Positions 7,409-17,086 of a DNA stretch of 64,000 bases are shown in pieces; position 1 is the first letter of the stretch; each line of letters begins with the position of its first letter. The DNA is from an uncultured Saccharospirillaceae bacterium. Its GTDB lineage: Bacteria; Bacteroidota; Bacteroidia; Flavobacteriales_D; CAJJDF01. The DNA lies in NCBI GenBank assembly GCA_950054195.1, contig CATLPG010000009.1, positions 7,943 to 71,942 of the forward strand, given 5' to 3'. Both the position numbers and the translations under genes were made by a program. The notes under the pieces were generated by a model. It ran no database searches. It was not told where the DNA came from and saw only the letters and a list, made by a program, of their open reading frames with translations.

Positions 7409-9697
7409 ATGAAAACAATAAAAATAATAACAATATTCTTATTCTCTTCAACAGTATTTGCCCAAGTAGGTACAAATGGAGATAATAGAGACGAAGAAGA
7501 ACGTCCTATGAAAGAATATAACCTAACCATTGAAGAAAATGAAATAACACTCGCTGGTGTAAGTGCCGAAGGAATGACCATTAATGGTGGTATTCCAGGA
7601 CCTACATTAGAGTTTAATGAAGGAGACCTTGCAATTATTAACGTGACTAATAAAATGAATGAAGAAACCTCTGTGCATTGGCACGGATTAATTCTTCCAA
7701 ACTTTTATGATGGTGTACCCTATCTAACCACACCTCCTATTAAAGCTGGCACCACATTTCAATATAGAATACCTATAAACCAATCAGGTACTTATTGGTA
7801 TCATTCTCATACAATGTTACAAGAACAGAAAGGTGTGTATGGGTCTATTATCATTCATCCAAAAGAAACAACTTTAGAATATGATAAGGACTTGGTAGTG
7901 CTACTCTCTGATTGGACTAACGAAAAACCATTAAACGTACTACGAAACCTTAAAAGAGGTAACGAATGGTATCAAGTTAAAAAAGGTACAGCAGTACCAT
8001 TCAGTAGAGTAATTTCAAAAGGTGCTTTTGGAGCACAAATTAAGTTTTGGCGTGATAGAATGGAAGGAGCAGATATTGCAGACATCTACTATCCTGCCTT
8101 TTTGACCAACGGTAAGTCGTTAGTAGAATATCCAGACTTCAAATCAGGGGAAAAAGTACGCTTACGCTTTATCAATGCATCTGCATCAACATACTATTGG
8201 GTAGACTTTGGTGGCGGTAACCCTATTATAGTATCAAGTGATGGTATAGATGTCGTGCCAACTTCAAAAAATCGCTTTCTTTTTGGTGTTGCCGAAACCT
8301 ATGATGTTATTGTCACCATCCCAGAAGGTACTTTAGAAGTTACAGCTACAGCTCAAGATGGTTCAGGACACACATCAATACATATAGGAGAGGGAACATT
8401 ATTTTCGGCTAAAACTATAGATAGACCTAATAAAATTGAGATGATGAAGCAAATGTCCAAAATGGGTATGAAAATGGGTGCACCTGCTACTATAGGTAAC
8501 AAAAAGAAAAAAACACCTGAATATCTTAAAGAGAGTTATGAAATGAAAATTGGTAAGATGGACATGAATGACAATAGGTCAATGAATAAAGGTAAAATGG
8601 ATAGCTCAATGAACATGAATATGGATAACAAAGAGGCTCACAAACACCATAATATATCAAAAGACACATCTGCTTTTAACTATAAAAATCGTAAAACATA
8701 CTTTAACTACAATCACTTAAAAGCAAAAGAAAAAACGGCTTACAGTTCAGACCTACCTGTAAATGATATTTTATTAAATCTAACAGGAAATATGCAACGA
8801 TATATATGGAGTGTGAATGGTGTACCTCTCTCAGAGACTGATAAAATAAAAATAAAGAGTAATGAGGTGACTCGTATTACCTTCAACAACCTTACTATGA
8901 TGCACCACCCAATGCACTTGCATGGTCATTATTTTAGAGTCATAAACAAAAACGGAGAGCGTTCACCTTTAAAGCATACCGTTAATGTACCACCAATGCA
9001 AAAAGTGGTCATCGAGTTTTATAATGAAGAATATGGTGATTGGTTTTTCCATTGTCACATTTTATATCACATGATGGGTGGTATGGCTCGTATTATTAGT
9101 TATGATACGCCACGTGATGAAAGAATGAAAGATTTTCCTGTTCAAAAATTAATTGATGAAACAGACCATTACTATTCTTGGGGATTGTTGCGAGCCAGCT
9201 CAAATTTCAACGAACTCTCTTTAATGTCAACTGATATCCGAAATGGATTTGGTTTAAGGACAGAGTTCGATTATGACAGAAATCTTGAAGCTGAAGTGAA
9301 CTATGATAGATATCTAAATGATTGGGTACGTATTTATGCAGGAATAAACACAGAAAATTCAATACCTGATTCTTACAGTACTTTTAATTCCGTAGGATTA
9401 GTAGGTGTAAAATACTTTTCGCCTTACAGGTTTAACGTAGATTTAAGTATGGACAATCAATTACGCCCAAGATTACGTTTAGATAGAGAGTTATTGTTGT
9501 TTCCAAGAATTTTCTTGGAAGGTCAATATGAATATAGGGCAGACTTAGGCTGGGTCAATGATTTAGGAAGCAGTTCTTTTGAGAGCGAAACACAATGGTT
9601 GGTAGGTGTTTCTTATATTCTGTCAAGAAATTTTTCTATTCAGGGGAATTATAATAATCGTTACGGTTGGGGCGGTGGACTTATCGTAAGGTTTTAA
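7409..9697 (+). CDS. multicopper oxidase (CopA/PcoA-like) fused to a CopB-like outer-membrane beta-barrel domain
   Basis: Copper ligand motifs HWHG, HSH, HPMHLHGH and HCHILYHMMGGM are present, with a Met-rich insert (MMKQMSKMGMKMG...MDMNDNRSMNKGKMDSSMNMNMD). The last 176 residues (from 9167) align with CopB/PcoB (GVKYFSPYRFNVDL...RPRLRLDRELLLFPRIFL) and end in ...GLIVRF. Confidence 0.85.
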   Translation: MKTIKIITIFLFSSTVFAQVGTNGDNRDEEERPMKEYNLTIEENEITLAGVSAEGMTINGGIPGPTLEFNEGDLAIINVTNKMNEETSVHWHGLILPNFYDGVPYLTTPPIKAGTTFQYRIPINQSGTYWYHSHTMLQEQKGVYGSIIIHPKETTLEYDKDLVVLLSDWTNEKPLNVLRNLKRGNEWYQVKKGTAVPFSRVISKGAFGAQIKFWRDRMEGADIADIYYPAFLTNGKSLVEYPDFKSGEKVRLRFINASASTYYWVDFGGGNPIIVSSDGIDVVPTSKNRFLFGVAETYDVIVTIPEGTLEVTATAQDGSGHTSIHIGEGTLFSAKTIDRPNKIEMMKQMSKMGMKMGAPATIGNKKKKTPEYLKESYEMKIGKMDMNDNRSMNKGKMDSSMNMNMDNKEAHKHHNISKDTSAFNYKNRKTYFNYNHLKAKEKTAYSSDLPVNDILLNLTGNMQRYIWSVNGVPLSETDKIKIKSNEVTRITFNNLTMMHHPMHLHGHYFRVINKNGERSPLKHTVNVPPMQKVVIEFYNEEYGDWFFHCHILYHMMGGMARIISYDTPRDERMKDFPVQKLIDETDHYYSWGLLRASSNFNELSLMSTDIRNGFGLRTEFDYDRNLEAEVNYDRYLNDWVRIYAGINTENSIPDSYSTFNSVGLVGVKYFSPYRFNVDLSMDNQLRPRLRLDRELLLFPRIFLEGQYEYRADLGWVNDLGSSSFESETQWLVGVSYILSRNFSIQGNYNNRYGWGGGLIVRF

Positions 9698-9723
9698 TTC
9701 AAAATCAAATAAAAACAAATAAG

Positions 9724-10200
9724 ATGAAAAATATATTTTTAATAATAATATTCCTTTTAACTATTAACTCATACTTCGGACAGAACAATTCCGAAAAGTC
9801 AAGTCATTATCATAACAATGAAATTGGAGTGGCAAACTCTCCTGTATATATTGTTGGTGAAAAAGAATGGGTCTATGGGCTTCACATTCATTATATCAAA
9901 AACATCAATCAATCAAAGTTCGGTTTTGGACTTGGATATGAGCAATTATTTGATGAGCACCAACATTCAACTGTAGGAATTGTTGGAAGTTATCATGTAA
10001 ATAACAATTTACATTTCAATATATCTCCAGGGGTAACATTTGAAGAATTTGAATATTCAAATCCAAGATTTGCATTTCATTTAGAAGCTACATATGAATT
10101 TGAAATAGGTAACTTTTTAATTGGGCCAGCTATGGAGTATGCTTATGATATTGAAGACACACATGTCAGTACTGGACTTCATTTAGGATATACGTTTTAA
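9724..10200 (+). CDS. small predicted outer-membrane beta-barrel protein
   Basis: It has a signal peptide (MKNIFLIIIFLLTINSYFGQ), alternating hydrophobic beta-strand pattern and a C-terminal ...HLGYTF. The ATG at 9724 is preferred over the upstream start that overlaps the oxidase. Confidence 0.45.
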   Translation: MKNIFLIIIFLLTINSYFGQNNSEKSSHYHNNEIGVANSPVYIVGEKEWVYGLHIHYIKNINQSKFGFGLGYEQLFDEHQHSTVGIVGSYHVNNNLHFNISPGVTFEEFEYSNPRFAFHLEATYEFEIGNFLIGPAMEYAYDIEDTHVSTGLHLGYTF

Positions 10201-10209
10201 TTTATAATC

Positions 10210-11445
10210 ATGAAAAAAACAGCCAAATACCTGGTGTTAATATTTATCTTATTTGTAATAAATACTAACGCTCAATCTATAGATTCTTTGTTGAAAATGG
10301 TTGTTGAAAACAACACACAACTACAATCTATTGAGTTAGAATATCAAGCAGTATTAGAAAAGAGAGAGCAAGTAAGTCAGCTACCAAATCCTCAATTAGG
10401 GATTGGTATTCCTGTACTCAGACCAGAAACTAGACTTGGACCACAAATGCTGATGGTTAGTGCCTCTCAAATGTTTCCTTGGTTTGGTTCACTAAAATCA
10501 AAGGAAGATGTCGTAGTTTCTATGTCAAAAACCAAATATGAAGAACTATCTGCACTTAAATTAGACTTGTTTTATCAGGTTAAAAGTGCATACTACCAAA
10601 TCTATTTTTTAAATCAAAAACAAAATATTATTACCAACCGAATCAAAGTTTATGAAACGCTAGAAAGTGTGGCTCTAGGAAAAGTAGAAGCTGGAGAAGC
10701 AACTTTAGCTGATGTGTTAAGAATTCAAACCAAATTGCAGGAACTCAAGCAAAATCTATTAATAATTAACAACCAAAAACTAACTTTTGAAGCAAAGATT
10801 AATGAGTTGACTAAACAATCTATCAGTAATAAAATTGAAATAGAAGATAGTCTTACAGTTCCTATATTAGAATATGACACAGCATTATATCGAGATAAAA
10901 TAAACAATTATCATCCTTTAATAAAAAAAATAAACTATCAAATTGAGCAATCAAATAACTCAATATTAGTGAATAGTAATATGAATAAACCTTCTATTGG
11001 TTTAGGCATAGATTATAGCTTAGTTGGAGATAGAACAGATGCCATCCCAATGAATAATGGGAGAGATATTCTTGTTCCAAAAGTGATGGTTAGTATTCCC
11101 ATATACAGGAAATCATATAAAGCTAAGAATACAGAAGAAAAACTCATTCAACAGTCATTAGAAGTGAAAAAAGAAACCATTACAGATAAGATGATGGCTT
11201 TACTGATAGGTTACAAAGCAGACTATGATAATAGTAGATTGGAAAAAGAATTGTACAAAAATCAATCAAAAACTATAGAATCAGCCTATGAAATTTTGCT
11301 TTCTGAATACAGCTCATCTGGCAAAGGGTTCGAGGAATTATTAATGGTTCAAAATCAATTACTAGGTTTTGATTTAGGAATACATCAAGCTGAATTAAAA
11401 GTCAATATAGCTCAAGCTAATATAGAGCGAATAACTAAATTTTGA
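10210..11445 (+). CDS. TolC-family outer membrane efflux factor
   Basis: It has a signal peptide, the two-repeat coiled-coil/beta architecture typical of OMFs (LQSIELEYQA..., LADVLRIQTKLQEL...), and sits in an RND operon. Confidence 0.8.
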   Translation: MKKTAKYLVLIFILFVINTNAQSIDSLLKMVVENNTQLQSIELEYQAVLEKREQVSQLPNPQLGIGIPVLRPETRLGPQMLMVSASQMFPWFGSLKSKEDVVVSMSKTKYEELSALKLDLFYQVKSAYYQIYFLNQKQNIITNRIKVYETLESVALGKVEAGEATLADVLRIQTKLQELKQNLLIINNQKLTFEAKINELTKQSISNKIEIEDSLTVPILEYDTALYRDKINNYHPLIKKINYQIEQSNNSILVNSNMNKPSIGLGIDYSLVGDRTDAIPMNNGRDILVPKVMVSIPIYRKSYKAKNTEEKLIQQSLEVKKETITDKMMALLIGYKADYDNSRLEKELYKNQSKTIESAYEILLSEYSSSGKGFEELLMVQNQLLGFDLGIHQAELKVNIAQANIERITKF

Positions 11446-11449
11446 TTAT

Positions 11450-12007
11450 ATGGCACAGGTCCTAAATATTAAAAACATGGTTTGTAACCGCTGTAAAATT
11501 GCTGTACTTAATGTACTGAACAATCAAAATATTGAAGTAAAAAGCATACAGCTTGGTAAAATTGAAATTGAAGAAGATATGGAGGTAAACTATCAAAAGC
11601 TTGATAAGCAACTTAAAGATTTGGGGTTTGAACTAATTCAAGAACCAGTAGATGCATTGATTGAAAAAATCAAGGTCAAACTAATTCAGTATGTAGAAAA
11701 TAGTAATGATAACACAATTGTAACCTATCTCGAAAATGAGATAGAAAAAAGTTATGCTGCGTTGAGCAAAACGTTCAGCAAAAAAGAAGGTATAACCATA
11801 GAGAAGTATGTTATCAATCTAAAAATTGAAAAGGCAAAAGAGCTAATTCAGTTGCAAAAACTAAATTTTTCTGAAATAGCATATACCCTAAACTATAAAA
11901 ACAGTAGTCATTTGGCAAAACAGTTTAAACAAATAACAGGAATGTCAATGTCCGAATACAAAAAATTACAAAATTGGAATAGAAAACCATTAGACCAAAT
12001 TGTGTAA
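11450..12007 (+). CDS. AraC-family transcriptional regulator with N-terminal HMA-like metal-binding domain
   Basis: The N-terminus IKNMVCNRCKIAVLNVL has an HMA fold with a CxxC motif. The C-terminus has an AraC HTH (LNFSEIAYTLNYKNSSHLAKQFKQITGMSMSEYKK). Confidence 0.75.
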   Translation: MAQVLNIKNMVCNRCKIAVLNVLNNQNIEVKSIQLGKIEIEEDMEVNYQKLDKQLKDLGFELIQEPVDALIEKIKVKLIQYVENSNDNTIVTYLENEIEKSYAALSKTFSKKEGITIEKYVINLKIEKAKELIQLQKLNFSEIAYTLNYKNSSHLAKQFKQITGMSMSEYKKLQNWNRKPLDQIV

Positions 12008-12081
12008 AAAGCATTCAATATTAGAAAAACTAAAAAAGTGAAGTTAAAGTAGATTTACAGGTTAATTAAAACAATAAAAAG

Positions 12082-14814
12082 ATGAAACACAAATATCAAA
12101 TTCAAGGAATGACCTGTAAAGGCTGTATGAGAACTGTTAATAATGCTTTATCAGAAGTAAAAGGTGTTGAGAATGTAGCCATTGATTTTGAAGCATCAAC
12201 AGCAACTATTGAAATGAAGAAGCATATTTCAATTGACAACTTTGAAGACGCTTTGCAAGAAAAAAAAGCCAAATATCATATTCATCCAGATAAAGGTGAT
12301 GGTTTAATAACAAGAACTTTTCCTGTGAATGGGATGACCTGTAATGGCTGTAAAGCTCACGTAGAAAAAACACTTTCTTCTGTTGAAGGTGTTCAAAGCG
12401 TATCAGTAGATTTAGAAAAAGCCGAAGCTACCATTTATATGAAACCAGAAATACCCATTGAAAAATTTCAAGAGGTTTTAGAAAAAGATGGTGGCACATA
12501 TAGCATTTTCAAAGCAGGTCAGAGACCTGATGCTAATCAAGAGAAAAAAATAAAACCAAAAGGACAAGGCACAGGAACATTTTATTGCCCTATGCATTGT
12601 GAAGGAGACAAAACCTATGATGAACCAGGAGACTGTCCTGTTTGTGGAATGGATTTAGTCGAAGAAGTAAGTCTATCCACAACAAACAAACAGCAATGGA
12701 CTTGCCCTATGCACCCAGAGGTTGTAAAAGATGAAGAAGGCTCTTGCCCTATTTGTGGTATGGATTTAGTACCAATGCAACCTGAAGCATCAGCAGAAGA
12801 AAAAACGTATAAAAAACTCTTGAAAAAGTTTTGGATAGCTGGTGCATTTACACTTCCTATTTTCATTATTGCTATGAGTGAAATGGTTGAAAATAATCCG
12901 TTATACGAAATAATGGAGCAGAAATATTGGAACTGGGTACAATTTGGGTTGTCTATTCCTATAGTTTTTTATGCCACTTGGATGTTCTTTGAACGCGCCT
13001 ATAAAAGTATTAAAACTTGGAACCTCAATATGTTTACGCTCATTGGTATAGGTGCAGGAGTAGCTTGGTTATTCAGTGTGGTTGGGATGTTGATTCCTGA
13101 TGTTTTTCCAGAGCAGTTTAAAACAGAGTTTGGTGTAGTTCACGTATATTTTGAAGCGGCAACAGTAATACTAACATTGGTGCTTTTAGGACAATTGTTA
13201 GAAGCGCGTGCACACAGTAAAACCAATTCGGCAGTAAAAGAATTACTCAAATTAGCACCTAATAAAGCCATCAAAATGGTGAATGGTGAGGAAGTTGAAG
13301 TGAGCATCGACAAGATAGAACTCAACGATATTCTTAAAGTAAAACCTGGAGATAAAATTCCAGTTGATGGCGTTATTACTGAAGGCGAAACCAGTATTGA
13401 CGAATCAATGATTACTGGCGAACCTATTCCTGTTAATAAAATTACAGATGATAAAGTCAGTAGTGGTACTATAAATGGCAATCAATCCTTTTTGATGAAA
13501 GCAGAAAAAGTAGGTAGTGACACGCTGTTATCTCAAATTATACATATGGTAAATGATGCCAGCAGAAGTCGTGCGCCTATTCAAAAATTAGCAGATAAAG
13601 TATCAGGTTATTTCGTACCAGTTGTAGTTCTTATTTCTATAATCACATTTATTGTTTGGGCTATTTGGGGACCAGAACCTGCCTACGCATACGCATTGGT
13701 TAATGCTATTGCTGTTTTAATTATTGCCTGCCCTTGTGCGTTAGGTTTGGCAACACCAATGTCTGTTATGGTCGGTGTAGGTAAAGGTGCTCAAAATGGG
13801 GTGTTGATTAAAAATGCAGAGGCATTAGAGAAAATGAATAAAGTAGATACTCTTATTGTTGATAAAACTGGAACGATAACAGAAGGAAAACCTGCAGTAG
13901 AAAAAATAGGTTCGTTCGGAAATAGCTTTCGCGAAAGTGAAGTATTACAATACATAGTTTCTTTAAACACAAATAGTGAACATCCATTAGCAGAAGCAAC
14001 CGTTAAATACGGAAAAGAACAAAATGCTGAAATATTAAAATCAGCAAACTTTAGTGCTGTAACAGGAAAAGGCGTGGAAGCTGAAATTGATGGTAACAAA
14101 ATAGCTTTAGGAAATCCAAAAATGATGGAATATGCCAAAGCTGAAATAACGCCTGAAATGGGAAGTGAAGCTAAAATATTTCAAAAACAAGGGAAAACAG
14201 TGTCTTATTTGGCTATTGATAAAAAAGTAGTTGGGTATGTAGTCATTGGCGATAAAATTAAAGACACGAGTGCAAAAGCAATAAAAGAATTGCAAGACAA
14301 AGGCATTGATGTAATAATGCTCACAGGAGATAATCACGATACAGCAAAAGCGGTTGCAATAGAGTTAAATCTTGCTGACTTCAAGGCCAGTATGTTGCCT
14401 GAAGACAAACTAAAAGAAGTTGAGAAACTTCAAAATGATGGTAAAGTAGTTGCTATGGCAGGTGATGGTATTAATGATGCACCAGCATTGGCAAAAAGTG
14501 ATGTAGGTATTGCAATGGGAACAGGAACAGATGTGGCAATAGAAAGTGCTATGATAACCTTGGTAAAGGGCGATTTACACGGTATAGTAAAAGCACGTCA
14601 TTTAAGTGAAGCTGTAATGAGAAATATCAAGCAAAATCTATTCTTTGCTATGATTTACAATACGTTAGGCGTACCAATTGCAGCAGGTGTATTATTCCCG
14701 TTTTTCGGCATATTATTATCGCCTATGATAGCAGCTTTAGCGATGAGTTTTAGTTCCGTTTCGGTAATAGCCAATGCTTTAAGATTAAGAACAAAATCAA
14801 TAAAAAATAAATAA
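12082..14814 (+). CDS. copA: copper-translocating P1B-type ATPase
   Basis: It has two HMA domains (GMTCKGC, GMTCNGC) and two CPMH...CP(V/I)CGMDL metal-binding modules. The core motifs are TM CPC (IACPCALGLATP), DKTGT, TGES-like TGEP and GDGINDAP. Confidence 0.9.
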   Translation: MKHKYQIQGMTCKGCMRTVNNALSEVKGVENVAIDFEASTATIEMKKHISIDNFEDALQEKKAKYHIHPDKGDGLITRTFPVNGMTCNGCKAHVEKTLSSVEGVQSVSVDLEKAEATIYMKPEIPIEKFQEVLEKDGGTYSIFKAGQRPDANQEKKIKPKGQGTGTFYCPMHCEGDKTYDEPGDCPVCGMDLVEEVSLSTTNKQQWTCPMHPEVVKDEEGSCPICGMDLVPMQPEASAEEKTYKKLLKKFWIAGAFTLPIFIIAMSEMVENNPLYEIMEQKYWNWVQFGLSIPIVFYATWMFFERAYKSIKTWNLNMFTLIGIGAGVAWLFSVVGMLIPDVFPEQFKTEFGVVHVYFEAATVILTLVLLGQLLEARAHSKTNSAVKELLKLAPNKAIKMVNGEEVEVSIDKIELNDILKVKPGDKIPVDGVITEGETSIDESMITGEPIPVNKITDDKVSSGTINGNQSFLMKAEKVGSDTLLSQIIHMVNDASRSRAPIQKLADKVSGYFVPVVVLISIITFIVWAIWGPEPAYAYALVNAIAVLIIACPCALGLATPMSVMVGVGKGAQNGVLIKNAEALEKMNKVDTLIVDKTGTITEGKPAVEKIGSFGNSFRESEVLQYIVSLNTNSEHPLAEATVKYGKEQNAEILKSANFSAVTGKGVEAEIDGNKIALGNPKMMEYAKAEITPEMGSEAKIFQKQGKTVSYLAIDKKVVGYVVIGDKIKDTSAKAIKELQDKGIDVIMLTGDNHDTAKAVAIELNLADFKASMLPEDKLKEVEKLQNDGKVVAMAGDGINDAPALAKSDVGIAMGTGTDVAIESAMITLVKGDLHGIVKARHLSEAVMRNIKQNLFFAMIYNTLGVPIAAGVLFPFFGILLSPMIAALAMSFSSVSVIANALRLRTKSIKNK

Positions 14815-14817
14815 ATA

Positions 14818-15303
14818 ATGGAAAATCAAAAACACAACAAAAAAGGTATGGGAAGTTACACAAAATTCTTTTTGATGTTAGGCTCATCATTTATTGCAAT
14901 GTACATCACAATGTATTTAAACACTTATGAGTTTGACCACATATGGTTTAGTCTCACACGTTTTTATATGGTATGTCTGGGTATTGCTACTATGGCACTT
15001 ATTATGTTCTTTTTTATGAAAAATATGTATAAGAATAAAAAGAAAAATATGGGTATAGTCGTAGGTAGTATTGCACTATTTGCTATTGCTTTAGGCTTAG
15101 TACGAGACCAAAAATCAACTGTGGATGATGTCTTATGGATGAAAGGCATGATACCACATCATTCTATAGCGATTTTAACTAGCGAAAGAGCAGATATAAA
15201 AGATCCAGAGGTCAAAAAGTTAGCAGAAGATATTATTAAAGCACAAAGAAAAGAAATCAAAGAGATGAAGAAGATGATAAAACGATTAGAAAATGAAAAC
15301 TAA
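14818..15303 (+). CDS. DUF305-family membrane protein (copper-island associated)
   Basis: The pattern MIPHHSIAILTSE...PEVKKLAEDIIKAQRKEIKEMKKM is the DUF305 His-rich helical signature, and TM helices lie at the N-terminus. Confidence 0.6.
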   Translation: MENQKHNKKGMGSYTKFFLMLGSSFIAMYITMYLNTYEFDHIWFSLTRFYMVCLGIATMALIMFFFMKNMYKNKKKNMGIVVGSIALFAIALGLVRDQKSTVDDVLWMKGMIPHHSIAILTSERADIKDPEVKKLAEDIIKAQRKEIKEMKKMIKRLENEN

Positions 15304-17068
15304 ACAATTAATAACATACACCTTTATTGCTCTAATTATAGGATTAGGCTTTGGATGGTTAATCTTCGGAAATTCACCCAAAGATTCCTCCACCCATAAA
15401 AACTCCTTAGAATCAAAAAAAGAGGAAATATGGACATGCTCTATGCATCCCCAAATTAGACAACCTGAACCTGGAGACTGCCCTATTTGCGGTATGGACT
15501 TAATTCCATTAGAGGCAAATAGTAATTCCAATCCATTGGTTTTCGAAATGACTGAAGAAGCTATTAAAATAGCCAATATTCAAACAACCATTGTTGGCTT
15601 AGGTAATAGTAATTCAAAAGAAATAAAGTTATCGGGAAAAATAAAAGCAGACGAAACCAATTCAGCAAGTATTGTTTCTCATATTTCAGGTAGAATTGAA
15701 AAATTATTTATTAGTTATACTGGCGAAAGAGTGAACAAAGGGCAGAAAATAGCCTCCATTTATTCACCTAAACTTATTACTGCTCAAAAAGAATTATTAG
15801 AAGCTTATAAGGTAAAGGATATAAATCCAAAACTATATGAAGCTACAGCAAGCAAATTAAAGTTTTGGAAGCTTTCGGAAGAGCAAATACAAGCTATCAT
15901 TTCATCAGAAAAAATAATTGAATCATTTAATATTTATGCCAGTTATTCAGGAGTTGTACTGAATAAAAAAGTCTCTGTTGGAGATTATTTAAAAGAAGGA
16001 GAAATATTGTTTGATATTCAAAACTTAAACCAATTATGGGCTGTATTTGATGTCTATGAAACTGAATTAAGTAATATTAAGAAAGGAACTGAAATTAGTT
16101 TCTCAACCCCAGCTATTCCGGGTAAAACCTTTACTTCAACTATCAATTTTGTTGATCCAATAATTAATCCAACAACAAGAACAGCAAGTATTAGAACTTC
16201 TATTACAAATCAAAGCAACCTACTAAAGCCTGAAATGTTTTTGGAGGGAAAAATTAATGCTAACAATAATTCATCTGAATCACTACTTGTACCCAAATCT
16301 TCAGTATTATGGACAGGAGAAAAGTCAGTTGTTTATGTTAAACTTCCAGAATCAAAAATACCATCATTTGAATTTAGAGAGGTTTTAATAGGAGAATCTG
16401 TAGGAGAAAACTATTTAGTAAAAAAAGGTATAAGCAATGGAGAACAAGTTGTAACAAATGGTGCTTTTGTAATTGATGCTTCTGCCCAATTAAATAATCA
16501 ATCTAGCATGATGAATAGAAATTTGGTTAGTAATAACATCATTTTAAATGACCTTCCTGATTACACTAATTCAACTTCTAGTCAATTCAAAACACAACTC
16601 AATAAAATGACAGATGCTTATATACTACTTAAAGATGTTCTTATAGAAGGAAATACAACCAAGGCTTCAGAAAAAGCGAGTTCATTAATTAATACTTTAA
16701 CTAAAGTTGATATGAAATTATTAAAAGGAGAAGCACACATCTATTGGATGGAGAAACTTAATGAGATTAAAATAAGTTCTAATCAAATTGTAAAATCAAA
16801 AGAAATAAAAGAACAAAGAGAAGTGTTTAGTAAACTTTCTGAATCTATAATATCAACTCTTAAGACTTTTGGAGTAGAAAAAAATACATTTTATGTTCAA
16901 TACTGCCCAATGGCAGAAAATGATAAAGGAGCGTATTGGTTAAGTAAAGAATCAACTATTAAAAACCCATATTTTGGAGAAGAAATGTTAACCTGTGGAA
17001 CCGTTAAAGAAAAAATAGATAATAATTATAGAAACAATCATAGTCCAATGAGTGGACACAATCATTAA
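15293..17068 (+). CDS. RND periplasmic adaptor (CusB-like) with N-terminal CPxCGMDL metal-binding module and C-terminal DUF3347-like domain
   Basis: WTCSMHPQIRQPEPGDCPICGMDL is followed by the barrel-sandwich/lipoyl region of HlyD-type adaptors (ISGRIEKLFISYTGERVNKGQKIASIYSP). The C-terminus reads YVQYCPMAENDKGAYWLS. It overlaps the previous gene by 11 nt. Confidence 0.8.
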   Translation: MKTKQLITYTFIALIIGLGFGWLIFGNSPKDSSTHKNSLESKKEEIWTCSMHPQIRQPEPGDCPICGMDLIPLEANSNSNPLVFEMTEEAIKIANIQTTIVGLGNSNSKEIKLSGKIKADETNSASIVSHISGRIEKLFISYTGERVNKGQKIASIYSPKLITAQKELLEAYKVKDINPKLYEATASKLKFWKLSEEQIQAIISSEKIIESFNIYASYSGVVLNKKVSVGDYLKEGEILFDIQNLNQLWAVFDVYETELSNIKKGTEISFSTPAIPGKTFTSTINFVDPIINPTTRTASIRTSITNQSNLLKPEMFLEGKINANNNSSESLLVPKSSVLWTGEKSVVYVKLPESKIPSFEFREVLIGESVGENYLVKKGISNGEQVVTNGAFVIDASAQLNNQSSMMNRNLVSNNIILNDLPDYTNSTSSQFKTQLNKMTDAYILLKDVLIEGNTTKASEKASSLINTLTKVDMKLLKGEAHIYWMEKLNEIKISSNQIVKSKEIKEQREVFSKLSESIISTLKTFGVEKNTFYVQYCPMAENDKGAYWLSKESTIKNPYFGEEMLTCGTVKEKIDNNYRNNHSPMSGHNH

Positions 17069-17086
17069 CAATTAAAAACAAAACAA

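Noticed and set aside
4758-7581. Antisense or alternative-frame ORFs inside cusA from the ORF track (4758..5003-, 4914..5141+, 6419..6742-, 6999..7316-, 7393..7581-).
   Set aside because: They lie wholly inside a strongly supported conserved gene, have low-complexity or hydrophobic mirror-image composition, and match no recognisable family. The same reasoning applies to shadow ORFs within copA (12615, 13140, 13791, 14107), cusB/DUF305 (14964, 15286), porU (18356, 19466), the ATPase (22008, 22374, 23016, 23643), czcB/czcA (24462, 24933, 25782, 26346, 27349, 29682), the giant protein (42744), and 47724, 47840, 48923, 50101, 50702, 50902, 55002, 56453, 58829 and 63468.
9667-9723. The upstream start of the small barrel ORF overlapping the oxidase gene, and similar long N-terminal extensions (3147, 36349, 36746, 41616, 61164).
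   Set aside because: In each case an internal ATG gives a proper signal peptide or a stop-start coupled junction. The extensions use TTG/GTG codons or overlap the upstream gene without support.
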